Assembly: GCA_020634895.1 (NCBI GenBank)
Contig: JACKAV010000009.1
Span: 65,465-129,464, forward strand
Reading direction: 5' to 3'
Length of the DNA: 64,000 nt
Source of the DNA: Anaerolineales bacterium
GTDB taxonomy: Bacteria; Chloroflexota; Anaerolineae; Anaerolineales; Villigracilaceae
The position numbers and the translations under genes are program-made. Of the stretch, positions 8,731 to 16,065 are shown piece after piece; position 1 is the stretch's first letter, and each line of letters starts with the position of its first letter. The notes beneath the pieces are model-generated. The model had not been told where the DNA came from, did no database searches, and worked only from the letters and a program-made list of their open reading frames with translations.

Positions 8731-10290
8731 ATGAGTCGTAAAGTCATTCCTTTTGTTGTTGCGTTCGTATTGATCTGTTTGGTCATGGTCGTGGCGGGCG
8801 TGTTCGCATTCAGCGGTTCGGTCGCAGCGGAAAAATTCGGCAGCAGCACCGCATGGTCTCAACCCTACTCCACCGCCGAAAGTATGAAGGTCATCGACCT
8901 GACCGGCGATGGTCAGGATGAACTCTTCATCCAAAACACAAGCAATGTCAGCGTTCTGGACGGCTCCGGCACACCGCTCTGGCAGTTCGATTATTCCAGC
9001 CCCAAGACCACGCTCGGTGACGTCAACGGCGACGGCGTGGAAGACATTGTGGTGTACTACGTCGGGTCGGGCATGTCGGTGGATGTGATCTCAAAAGGGA
9101 ATGTGACTCCGTTGGCAAGCGCGCTTGATATCGGTTTCCCCTCGCGCGTGGCGGTGATGCGCTTCTCTTCTGGACCTCAAATTGTTCTTGGCGACAATTT
9201 GGGCGGAGTCCTCGCCTTGAGCACGAGCGGAGCGCCGCTTTGGTCGAGCGAAGTCGGCTCGGCTGAGATCCGCGGCATGGACGATGTCCGCATCAACGGG
9301 CAGGTGAATGTTGCCGTCGCATCCAACGACGGGACAGTGAAAGTCTTTGCGTCAGACGGCAAAACTGTCTGGACGGTGAATCAGGAACAACTGAGAAGGA
9401 TGCGCGCGTTCGACCTCGACGCCGATGGCAATAGCGAAGTCATCACCGGCGGCGAGTATGGTCTCTTCCGCATCTACAGCGCCGCGAACGGACAAGTCCT
9501 ATTCGAGAAGAAACTCGGGCAGGCTGTGAGCGAAGTCCGCGAAGTGGAATTGGACGGCGACCCGTCCTCGCGCGAGATCGTGGTTGGCGGCAAAGACGGC
9601 GGCGTGTGGGCGTTCTCGTTCAACGGGACAACCGCCAGCCAAATGTGGAGCGGTTCGCTCTCCGATAAAGTGACCGAGATCGCCGGGCTCGACATCAACG
9701 AAGACGGCAAGGAAGAAGCGGTCATCGGCGATGATTCTGGCAAGGTGGCGGTCTTCACCGAAAACGGCACGCGCAATAATCTGCCGGATCATTCCTCCGG
9801 CATCACCCGCGTGGACATCGGCAAACTCGGCGGCGAACGCTATGTGGTCATTGCCGATTACAACGAAGTGACCACGAACAAGGTCAATTTCAGTTCCATT
9901 CCAGGGTTCCAATTTACGCCGTTGGTCGTGGGGCTGATCGTTTCCGCGTTCATCCTCATCATTGCAGCGATCCTTGCGTCCATTCCGCCCAAACCGGAAA
10001 TGAAACTGTCCCTGCAAGACAAAAGCCGTGAAAGCCTCGAAGCGGAACGCCGCATGTTGAAGGAATCCATTGCGGATGTGGAGCGCCTGCGAAAATCGGG
10101 AGAGATGACCAATGACGCCTACCTCGCCCGCCTCAAACGCCTGCGCGGCGATCTCGCCGATAATGAATCCGCTTTCAAGACGGCGGGGTACCAGATCAAG
10201 GTCGAGACCTTCTCCTGCCCCCACTGTGGCGGGACGCTGGAATTGGGTATGGATAAGTGCGAGTATTGCGGGCAGGTGGTGTTGTCGTAG
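8731..10290 (+). CDS. Membrane protein: FG-GAP/PQQ-like beta-propeller, TM helix, coiled coil and C-terminal double zinc ribbon
   Basis: Repeated DxxGDG motifs; TM LVVGLIVSAFILIIAAILA; terminal CPHC...CEYC. Confidence 0.8.
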   Translation: MSRKVIPFVVAFVLICLVMVVAGVFAFSGSVAAEKFGSSTAWSQPYSTAESMKVIDLTGDGQDELFIQNTSNVSVLDGSGTPLWQFDYSSPKTTLGDVNGDGVEDIVVYYVGSGMSVDVISKGNVTPLASALDIGFPSRVAVMRFSSGPQIVLGDNLGGVLALSTSGAPLWSSEVGSAEIRGMDDVRINGQVNVAVASNDGTVKVFASDGKTVWTVNQEQLRRMRAFDLDADGNSEVITGGEYGLFRIYSAANGQVLFEKKLGQAVSEVREVELDGDPSSREIVVGGKDGGVWAFSFNGTTASQMWSGSLSDKVTEIAGLDINEDGKEEAVIGDDSGKVAVFTENGTRNNLPDHSSGITRVDIGKLGGERYVVIADYNEVTTNKVNFSSIPGFQFTPLVVGLIVSAFILIIAAILASIPPKPEMKLSLQDKSRESLEAERRMLKESIADVERLRKSGEMTNDAYLARLKRLRGDLADNESAFKTAGYQIKVETFSCPHCGGTLELGMDKCEYCGQVVLS

Positions 10291-10325
10291 GTAGTGATTA
10301 GGGAATAGGTGATAGTGAATAGTAA
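10291..10325 (+). repeat. 7-nt-periodic degenerate tandem repeat
   Basis: TAG at 10292, 10299, 10306, 10313, 10320. Confidence 0.6.
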
Positions 10326-10351
10326 AACTCCCGTCCATGTGGGCGGGAGTT
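10326..10351 (+). terminator. Hairpin, probable terminator
   Basis: aactcccgtcca-tg-tgggcgggagtt. Confidence 0.55.
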
Positions 10352-10363
10352 CTGATTTAAGAG

Positions 10364-10415
10364 CCGTCCACGAATTTATAACGAAGACAGTCTATTTTCG
10401 TGCATTCGTGGTCGG
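10364..10415. repeat. CACGAA/TTCGTG inverted repeat element
   Basis: ccacgaat (10368-10375) / attcgtgg (10404-10411), with inner acgaa/ttcgt. Confidence 0.55.
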
Positions 10416-10416
10416 T

Positions 10417-11838
10417 CTATTGCGAGAGAGAGCAACGAAAACCAAGATAATTTTCTTTGTCGTTTGGGTTAACCCCAAATCGAAAATACGAACGGGCGGC
10501 ATAGATACCAGAACTCCACGAGCCTCCCCGTTTCACTTTGTTTTGTCCATTTTCAGGGCCTGAGGGATTTTCAGAAGGTGAGTTCAAATAGTAAAGATCA
10601 TCATACCAGTCTCTTACCCATTCAGATACATTTCCTCCCAAATCGTACACTCCATACAGGCTCTTATCACCTAGATATTTGCCAACCGCTGTAGTATCTC
10701 CAATACAAGAATTATCATAATTCGCCTTATTGCAGTTAATATTTTCTCCCCAAGGATAGGTTCGATCATCCTGTCCACGCGCAGCTTTTTCCCATTGTGC
10801 CTCAGTAGGCAGGGCACGTCCCACCCATGAACAATAAGTCATTGCATCGTACCAAGAAACATATACAACCGGATAATTCGCAAACCCGGGGTCATCGAAA
10901 TAAGAAGAACGGGATTGTGAACGATTTTTTTCTGGTGGCTCGCACTGTTTCGCCTCCACACATTTGCCATACATTGCATTAGTGACCTCAGTCTGGTCAA
11001 TCCAATAAGCATCTAAAAAAACTTTATGAGCGACCTGGCTCCAATCTAAACTTCCCATCATAAATTCCCCTGCAGGGACATAAAGCAGCAGCATGTCATC
11101 CTTCAATGACCTTGAGGATGAGCCAATTCCAAGTACCGTTGTCGGTGTCGGGCTGGGAGACGCGGTTTCGGTCAGTGTTGGAGTGAACGGCGCTAACGTC
11201 TCTGTAGGCGGTTTGGGCGTTTCTGTAAAACTCTGTATGGTAGGTGTGGGTGTCGTTTCGGGCAGTTTCCTGAAGAGGGAATTCAAGCCAAATCCGCCTA
11301 AGATGAAAAACAGCAAAACGATTCCCACAACCCCAAAACTGCGAAACCGTTTTACTTGATAGATATTCCCAGACTTGATAAGTCTTTTTACCTCTTCGGT
11401 TTTTACTTTTTCTTCTGGAACCTGCGGCTTCTCTTCTTTTTCAGCTAATCCCCGATCTTTATTTTGCGAGACAACACTTTCAAGGTGACGGAAAAATCTT
11501 TCATCAGGCAGACCACCGCCAATAACATCAGAGTAATTTTTATCCTGCAGCAGCATCCATAGATCACCCTGCAGTAAAAGCGGAAATATCCTTTTGTCCT
11601 TCTGCATGGCATAAAGGACTTCACGTCTCACCCACTTCGAAAATTCCGAACTTTTAGTCATCACAACGATAAAAGCATCGCAGGCGTCTATTCGATTCGT
11701 GATGTGTTCAACCCACTCATCACCAGTCAACATTTCCAGGTCATACCAAACGTTAAATCCCCTTGTTTCAAGGGCATCAACCAGTCTCTTTACATAATCC
11801 TTATCTGTTCGGCTGTAACTAATGAAAATATGACCCAT
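10417..11838 (-). CDS. TIR domain, TM helix, Pro/Thr linker and FGE-sulfatase (SUMF1/C-type lectin fold) domain
   Basis: HIFISYSRTD...SKWVRREV TIR; TM FGVVGIVLLFFILGGFGL; LPTEAQWEKAARG, DLGGNVSEW, RGGSW...LGFR. Confidence 0.88.
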   Translation of the reverse strand: MGHIFISYSRTDKDYVKRLVDALETRGFNVWYDLEMLTGDEWVEHITNRIDACDAFIVVMTKSSEFSKWVRREVLYAMQKDKRIFPLLLQGDLWMLLQDKNYSDVIGGGLPDERFFRHLESVVSQNKDRGLAEKEEKPQVPEEKVKTEEVKRLIKSGNIYQVKRFRSFGVVGIVLLFFILGGFGLNSLFRKLPETTPTPTIQSFTETPKPPTETLAPFTPTLTETASPSPTPTTVLGIGSSSRSLKDDMLLLYVPAGEFMMGSLDWSQVAHKVFLDAYWIDQTEVTNAMYGKCVEAKQCEPPEKNRSQSRSSYFDDPGFANYPVVYVSWYDAMTYCSWVGRALPTEAQWEKAARGQDDRTYPWGENINCNKANYDNSCIGDTTAVGKYLGDKSLYGVYDLGGNVSEWVRDWYDDLYYLNSPSENPSGPENGQNKVKRGGSWSSGIYAARSYFRFGVNPNDKENYLGFRCSLSQ

Positions 11839-11971
11839 AAGTTTTTTAACCAATTACGATGCCTTGCAAGGTGCGGCAAGAAAAACACGGAGAAGCCCTG
11901 GCATGGTTCAGTTAAACCTAGTTTAAAAATTATAAACCCTCCCACCGAGAAAACTCAGCGAGAGGGCTCCA

Positions 11972-11991
11972 AACCTTCAACCTTCAACCCT
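11972..11991. repeat. 7-nt tandem repeat, three units
   Basis: aaccttc aaccttc aaccct directly after the moeB stop. Confidence 0.5.
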
Positions 11992-13145
11992 TAATACAAC
12001 GGCAAACTCGTATCCACTTCCTCTGCCCAGGCGTTGATTCCGCCTTTGAGGTTCTTCATCTTCTTGAAACCGGCGGACGAGAGAATTTCGATGGCGCGCG
12101 CCGAGCGTGATCCGCGTTTGCAGAAGACGACCATCTCTGTAGCAGAATCAAGCTCAGACATACGCTGGGCAACTTCACCGAGCGGGATGTTCTTTGCGCC
12201 ATCAATGGCAGCGATCTCCAACTCGTGAGGCTCACGCACATCGAGCAGGAGCAGGTCCGGGTCACGTTCGAGGCGGGCTTTTAATTCCTGCGCTGTGATG
12301 TCCCAATCCGCGCCCGCAGACGTATCATCCGCATGATGACCGGGCACACCACAAAACTCCTCGTAGTCGATCAACTCGGTGATATCGGCATTCGGTCCGC
12401 ACACACGGCAGTTGGGATTCTTCTTGAGCTTGACGAAATCAAAACTCATATCGAGCGCGTTGTATAGCAGGAGTTTTCCAATCAGCGGCTCGCCGATTCC
12501 AAGCAGGACTTTGAGCGCCTCGGTGGCTTGAAGTGTGCCGATCGTTCCGGGCAGGATGCCCAGCACGCCTCCCTCCGCGCACGAAGGGACAAGCCCGGGC
12601 GGCGGCGGTTCGGGGAAAAGACAGCGATAGCACGGACCTTCCTCGGCGTGAAAGACGCTCACTTGCCCATCGAAGCGGAAGATGGAGCCGTAGATATTCG
12701 GTTTGCCGAGCATCACGCAGACATCGTTGGTGAGATAACGGGTCGGAAAGTTATCGGTGCCGTCGATAATGACATCGTAATCCTTCGCGATGCGCAAGGC
12801 GTTCTCTGATGTATACGGCTCGTTATAAATATCCACCTGAATGTCCGGATTCAAATCCTGCAAGCGTTCGCGGGCACTTTCAACTTTCAACTTTCCAACT
12901 GTGCTCGTTCCGTGAATGACCTGACGCTGAAGGTTGGACGAATCTACAACGTCGTAATCCACCAAGCCAATGCGACCGATGCCAGCCGCGGCGAGGTAAA
13001 GCGCAACGGGAGAGCCAAGTCCGCCTGTGCCGATGACGAGAACAGAAGAGTTCTTGAGTTTGATCTGTCCCTGCAAGCCGACTTCGGGCATGAGCAGGTG
13101 ACGCGAGTAACGCAATATTTGTTCGTGATTAAGTTCTTCGATCAT
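11991..13145 (-). CDS. moeB: MoeB/MoeZ-type E1-like adenylyltransferase with C-terminal rhodanese domain
   Basis: RYSRH, GTGGLGS, SNLQRQ, CYRC and CRVC zinc motifs, PSCAEGG, rhodanese FCKRGSRS. Confidence 0.93.
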   Translation of the reverse strand: MIEELNHEQILRYSRHLLMPEVGLQGQIKLKNSSVLVIGTGGLGSPVALYLAAAGIGRIGLVDYDVVDSSNLQRQVIHGTSTVGKLKVESARERLQDLNPDIQVDIYNEPYTSENALRIAKDYDVIIDGTDNFPTRYLTNDVCVMLGKPNIYGSIFRFDGQVSVFHAEEGPCYRCLFPEPPPPGLVPSCAEGGVLGILPGTIGTLQATEALKVLLGIGEPLIGKLLLYNALDMSFDFVKLKKNPNCRVCGPNADITELIDYEEFCGVPGHHADDTSAGADWDITAQELKARLERDPDLLLLDVREPHELEIAAIDGAKNIPLGEVAQRMSELDSATEMVVFCKRGSRSARAIEILSSAGFKKMKNLKGGINAWAEEVDTSLPLY

Positions 13146-13453
13146 TTTGCCCTCACCCTAACCCTCTCCCAAAGGGAGAGGGAACCACCCGCAATGGACG
13201 GAATGAGCATCAACTTATCGCCGTCCTTGATGGGCGTTTCCACGCCTTGCAGGTCTTTGATATTATGCTCGCCGACGAACAAATTCACGAACGGACGCAG
13301 TTCATCCTTCTCGTTGAACAGATGCGGCTTGATGGCTGGGAACTGAGTCGTCAAATCCGCCAATGCCTCGGAAATATTCGCGCCGTTCACGTCCACTTCA
13401 CTTTTGCCGCTTGTATAGGTACGCAGCGGGGTTGGGATTCTCAAAGTTGTCAT
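13142..13453 (-). CDS. MoaD/ThiS/CysO-family ubiquitin-like sulfur carrier with a 13-aa extension after the Gly-Gly
   Basis: LRIPTPLR..., LRPFVNLFV, LIPSIAGG then SLSLWERVRVRAK-stop; ATGA overlap with moeB. Confidence 0.88.
   Translation of the reverse strand: MTTLRIPTPLRTYTSGKSEVDVNGANISEALADLTTQFPAIKPHLFNEKDELRPFVNLFVGEHNIKDLQGVETPIKDGDKLMLIPSIAGGSLSLWERVRVRAK
13150..13182. repeat. CCCTCACCCTAACCCTCTCCC-AAA-GGGAGAGGG palindromic element inside the Ubl 3' end
   Basis: ccctctccc (13162-13170) / gggagaggg (13174-13182), preceded by ccctca/ccctaa units. Confidence 0.75.
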
Positions 13454-13490
13454 AAATTCTGTTTTCTCTCTCGTTTAGTTTTTTTCTTCT

Positions 13491-13536
13491 GTAGGTCACG
13501 CTTTTAGCGTGACGCCACGTTACAAACACGACCTAC
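13491..13536. repeat. Inverted doublet of 23-nt GTAG REP-like elements (REPIN-like)
   Basis: gtag-gtcacgc-tttta-gcgtgac (13491-13513) abutting gccacgt-tacaa-acacgac-ctac (13514-13536). Confidence 0.7.
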
Positions 13537-13541
13537 ATATT

Positions 13542-14066
13542 TCATACAAACAATTGTACATCGGCATCTGCGGCGTATTCAAGGAAGGTCGCCGCGCCGC
13601 CAATCTCCGACTCTGGGATGAAGTCTTCGCGTTTGAAGCCAAAGACATCCATCGTCATCTGGCAGCCGATCATGCGGACGTCAAGTTCCACGCACATATC
13701 GCGTAATTCCTCAACCGTGGCAACGCCTTTATTCTTGAAGGTCTGTTTCATCAAACCGGTTGCCAGCGTCTCAAAACCAGGGACATTCGCCATCAAAATA
13801 TTCGGCATGGGCCAGTTAATGTTCTGGAATCCCTCGGGACCAAAGGGCATTTTCATCGGCATGGCAGGGTTGCCAAGCGCCGAGACTTGAGCGGAAAGCT
13901 TCGGTTTGAGCAGGGTCAGCCCAAAGAAGGTGAAAAAGATACCCACTTCCCAGCCCATTGCAGCGCCCGCACTGGCAAGGATGAACGGCGGATACGCCCA
14001 ATCAAGCGTCCCTTTGCTGGCGATCAACGCCAGTCTCTTCGGGGCATTCGGGTCAGATTTTGACAT
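13542..14066 (-). CDS. DsrE/DsrF/DrsH-like (DsrE2) sulfur-relay protein
   Basis: LALIASKGTLDWAYPPFILA, FFTFFGL, IGCQMTMDVFG, GGAATFL. Confidence 0.85.
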   Translation of the reverse strand: MSKSDPNAPKRLALIASKGTLDWAYPPFILASAGAAMGWEVGIFFTFFGLTLLKPKLSAQVSALGNPAMPMKMPFGPEGFQNINWPMPNILMANVPGFETLATGLMKQTFKNKGVATVEELRDMCVELDVRMIGCQMTMDVFGFKREDFIPESEIGGAATFLEYAADADVQLFV

Positions 14067-14098
14067 ATAAACCTCTTATTAAAATCAAAAGACAAAAT

Positions 14099-14335
14099 CT
14101 ACTTTTTGCGCAGGAAGAAAATGAACTTGCCTTCTTCCGTCAGGGAGCGCAGCAATTCGTTGCCGGTTTGCCTGCTCCACGCTTCGATGTCTGGAGGCGA
14201 ACCCGGGTCGGTTGCGATCATTTTCAGCACCTGCCCCGATTCCAATTCCTTGATCGCCTTGGTCGTTTTGACGATCGGCATTGGGCAAAGCAAACCTGTG
14301 CAATCCAAAACCTGGTCTTCGGTGATTACGTCCAT
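14099..14335 (-). CDS. tusA: Sulfurtransferase TusA/SirA family, 78 aa
   Basis: LDCTGLLCPMPIV (CPxP) and ATDPGS motifs; SD aggag before ATG 14335. Confidence 0.9.
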   Translation of the reverse strand: MDVITEDQVLDCTGLLCPMPIVKTTKAIKELESGQVLKMIATDPGSPPDIEAWSRQTGNELLRSLTEEGKFIFFLRKK

Positions 14336-14369
14336 ATTAAAGTTTCTCCTTTTGGAATTCTTGAGATCG

Positions 14370-14392
14370 ATCCTGAAGTGGAACTTCAGGAT
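14370..14392. repeat. Intergenic palindrome (GAAGT/ACTTC family)
   Basis: atcctgaagt-gga-acttcaggat. Confidence 0.55.
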
Positions 14393-14397
14393 TCCGT

Positions 14398-14811
14398 CTA
14401 TTGAATTTGAATTTCTTCTTCTTCGTATTGGGTGCGGTCTTCCACCAAACGCCACGAACGGTGGTTGACCGTTTTCCCTTTGTCCACACGCGAAATGATG
14501 TACGAGAAAAACGGCTGCGCCCATTCGCGGTCATATTCAGAAGGCACATTTGGGCAATCAGGGTGAGAATGAAAAACACCGATCAAGTCCATGCCCAACT
14601 CCATCGCTTTCATTTCCGCTTTCAGGTAATCTTCCGGCGTGATCAAAAAACGATTATGACGCGCTTCATCCTCGCGGGCATTCGGCAGCGAGATGATCTC
14701 ACGCACTTCCCCGTCCGCGCCGAGCAAAAAGCCTGCGCCCTCATCGGGATAAGCCGCTTCGATATGTTGTTGAATTCCTTCCAAAATCTTGTTTGTTACT
14801 TTCAAACTCAT
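14398..14811 (-). CDS. mec: JAB/MPN (M67) metallopeptidase, Mec/CysO-cysteine peptidase-like
   Basis: YPDEGAG glutamate and FHSHPD...PSEYD JAMM motif. Confidence 0.88.
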   Translation of the reverse strand: MSLKVTNKILEGIQQHIEAAYPDEGAGFLLGADGEVREIISLPNAREDEARHNRFLITPEDYLKAEMKAMELGMDLIGVFHSHPDCPNVPSEYDREWAQPFFSYIISRVDKGKTVNHRSWRLVEDRTQYEEEEIQIQ

Positions 14812-14814
14812 TTT

Positions 14815-15765
14815 TTATGCTCGCTCCCAAAGAGATTTGTCACTCAAATATTTATAGCCCGCATCCGGGAAGACGGTCACAACCACGCCTTCGTCAAGTT
14901 CACTTGCGACTTGAAGCGCAGCCACTGCCGCCGCCGCGGATGAGATTCCCACAAACAGACCTTCCTCCCGCGCAAGCCGGATCAACATCTCATGCGCCGC
15001 CTCGGTCTTGACCTCAAGCGGATTCCCCGCCAGAGACTCATCATAAATCCCGGGCTTGATGGAAGTCGGCATATGTTTCAATCCCTCCAATCCGTGGAAG
15101 GGAGCGTCCGGCTGAAACGCCAGCGTTTTGACATGCGGCAGATGCTCATGCAGATAGCGGCTTGTACCCGTAAATGTTCCGGATGTGCCCAATCCCGCCA
15201 CGAAGTGTGTGATCTGCCCATTGGTCTGGGAAATGATCTCAGGCGCAGTGCTCAGATAATGTGCCTGCCAGTTCGCGTCGTTGTTGTATTGATTGGCATA
15301 CCAGAATTTGTCCGGAGATTCCGCCGCCATCTCACGCGCCTTGAGGATTGCGCCATCTGAGCCTTCGGTCGGGTCGGTCAACACCAACTCCGCGCCAAGC
15401 GCCTTGAGGATGGAGATCCGCTCGGGGCTGGCGTTGGCAGGGAGCGCCAATGTGACGGGAATTCCCAACGCCGCGCCAAACGTCGCATATGAAATGCCCA
15501 TATTGCCGGACGTTGAATCCAATAGACGTTTGTGGTTATTCAAGTCACCATTGATGATGGCGGTCTGGATGATGTTCAACGCGGGTCGGTCTTTGACCGA
15601 GCCGCCGGGGTTAAACCATTCGGCTTTGGCAAAAACCTTCACTCGCGGTGACAGGCCCAAGGTCACGCGGCGAAGCGGAAGCAGGGGCGTATCCCCCACA
15701 TGAAAAGCAAGGCTGTCCAAAGGGATGGTATTTGATTCGGTTAATCGAAAGTCCAGTAAGGTCAT
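14815..15765 (-). CDS. cysM: PLP-dependent cysteine synthase, CysM-like
   Basis: VGDTPL, NPGGSVKDR (PLP lysine), TSGNMG, GLGTSGT, FPDAGYKYLS; SD aagga before ATG 15765. Confidence 0.9.
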   Translation of the reverse strand: MTLLDFRLTESNTIPLDSLAFHVGDTPLLPLRRVTLGLSPRVKVFAKAEWFNPGGSVKDRPALNIIQTAIINGDLNNHKRLLDSTSGNMGISYATFGAALGIPVTLALPANASPERISILKALGAELVLTDPTEGSDGAILKAREMAAESPDKFWYANQYNNDANWQAHYLSTAPEIISQTNGQITHFVAGLGTSGTFTGTSRYLHEHLPHVKTLAFQPDAPFHGLEGLKHMPTSIKPGIYDESLAGNPLEVKTEAAHEMLIRLAREEGLFVGISSAAAAVAALQVASELDEGVVVTVFPDAGYKYLSDKSLWERA

Positions 15766-15831
15766 ATATTCCTTGTTCAGTTTTGCAAAGGGCAAAACAT
15801 TATCAATTAAATAGAAACAGCCAACAGACAA

Positions 15832-15856
15832 ACAAAAAGACGGCGAACAAACGCCA
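15832..15856 (-). terminator. Candidate attenuator terminator in the cysM leader
   Basis: UGGCG-UUUGUU-CGCCG followed by UCUUUUUGUUU; short stem. Confidence 0.4.
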
Positions 15857-15941
15857 CACATCATGCATACTAAGGGATGCACGCGGGGGTCGCTCTACCG
15901 TCTGAGTCCGTTGGCTGCGGAAGTATTCGCTCAGGCGGTGG

Positions 15942-15986
15942 CTACGAGCCCCGCCCAAGACACAAGCAATAGGAAAATATCTTCAT
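15942..15986 (-). CDS. Candidate leader peptide MKIFSYCLCLGRGS (two Cys codons)
   Basis: ATG about 16 nt after the predicted transcription start; the stop sits inside a GC-rich hairpin; SD is weak. Confidence 0.4.
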   Translation of the reverse strand: MKIFSYCLCLGRGS

Positions 15987-16008
15987 GATTTAATCTCTAG
16001 ATGCGCCT

Positions 16009-16036
16009 ATTCTATGAATCTTACCGATTTTGTCAA
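16009..16036 (-). promoter_or_regulatory. sigma70-type promoter for the cysM operon
   Basis: TTGACA (16036-16031), 16 nt, TAGAAT (16014-16009). Confidence 0.65.
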
Positions 16037-16065
16037 GATAAATATCCCCACCAATATTTGTTGTT

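Noticed and set aside
12886-12900. caacttt heptamer pair inside moeB as a repeat insertion
   Set aside because: It encodes GKLKVES, which matches the normal MoeB GKxKVES motif with no length change.
13542-14335. Selenocysteine in TusA or DsrE
   Set aside because: Both have ordinary Cys codons at the active positions and no in-frame UGA.
15766-15882. Cys-rich in-frame N-terminal extension of CysM (MHPLVCMMCGVCSPSFCLSVGC...) given by the ORF track
   Set aside because: No SD precedes these starts, whereas ATG 15765 has aagga. The Cys codons fall in the UG-rich terminator region, where UGU arises by composition. A regulatory role cannot be fully excluded.
15880-15990. SAM-I, SAH, ZTP, T-box or SRP RNA identity for the cysM leader
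   Set aside because: Only short fragments match (GAGCGACCCC, GCAGCCAA); the defining conserved cores are absent by eye.
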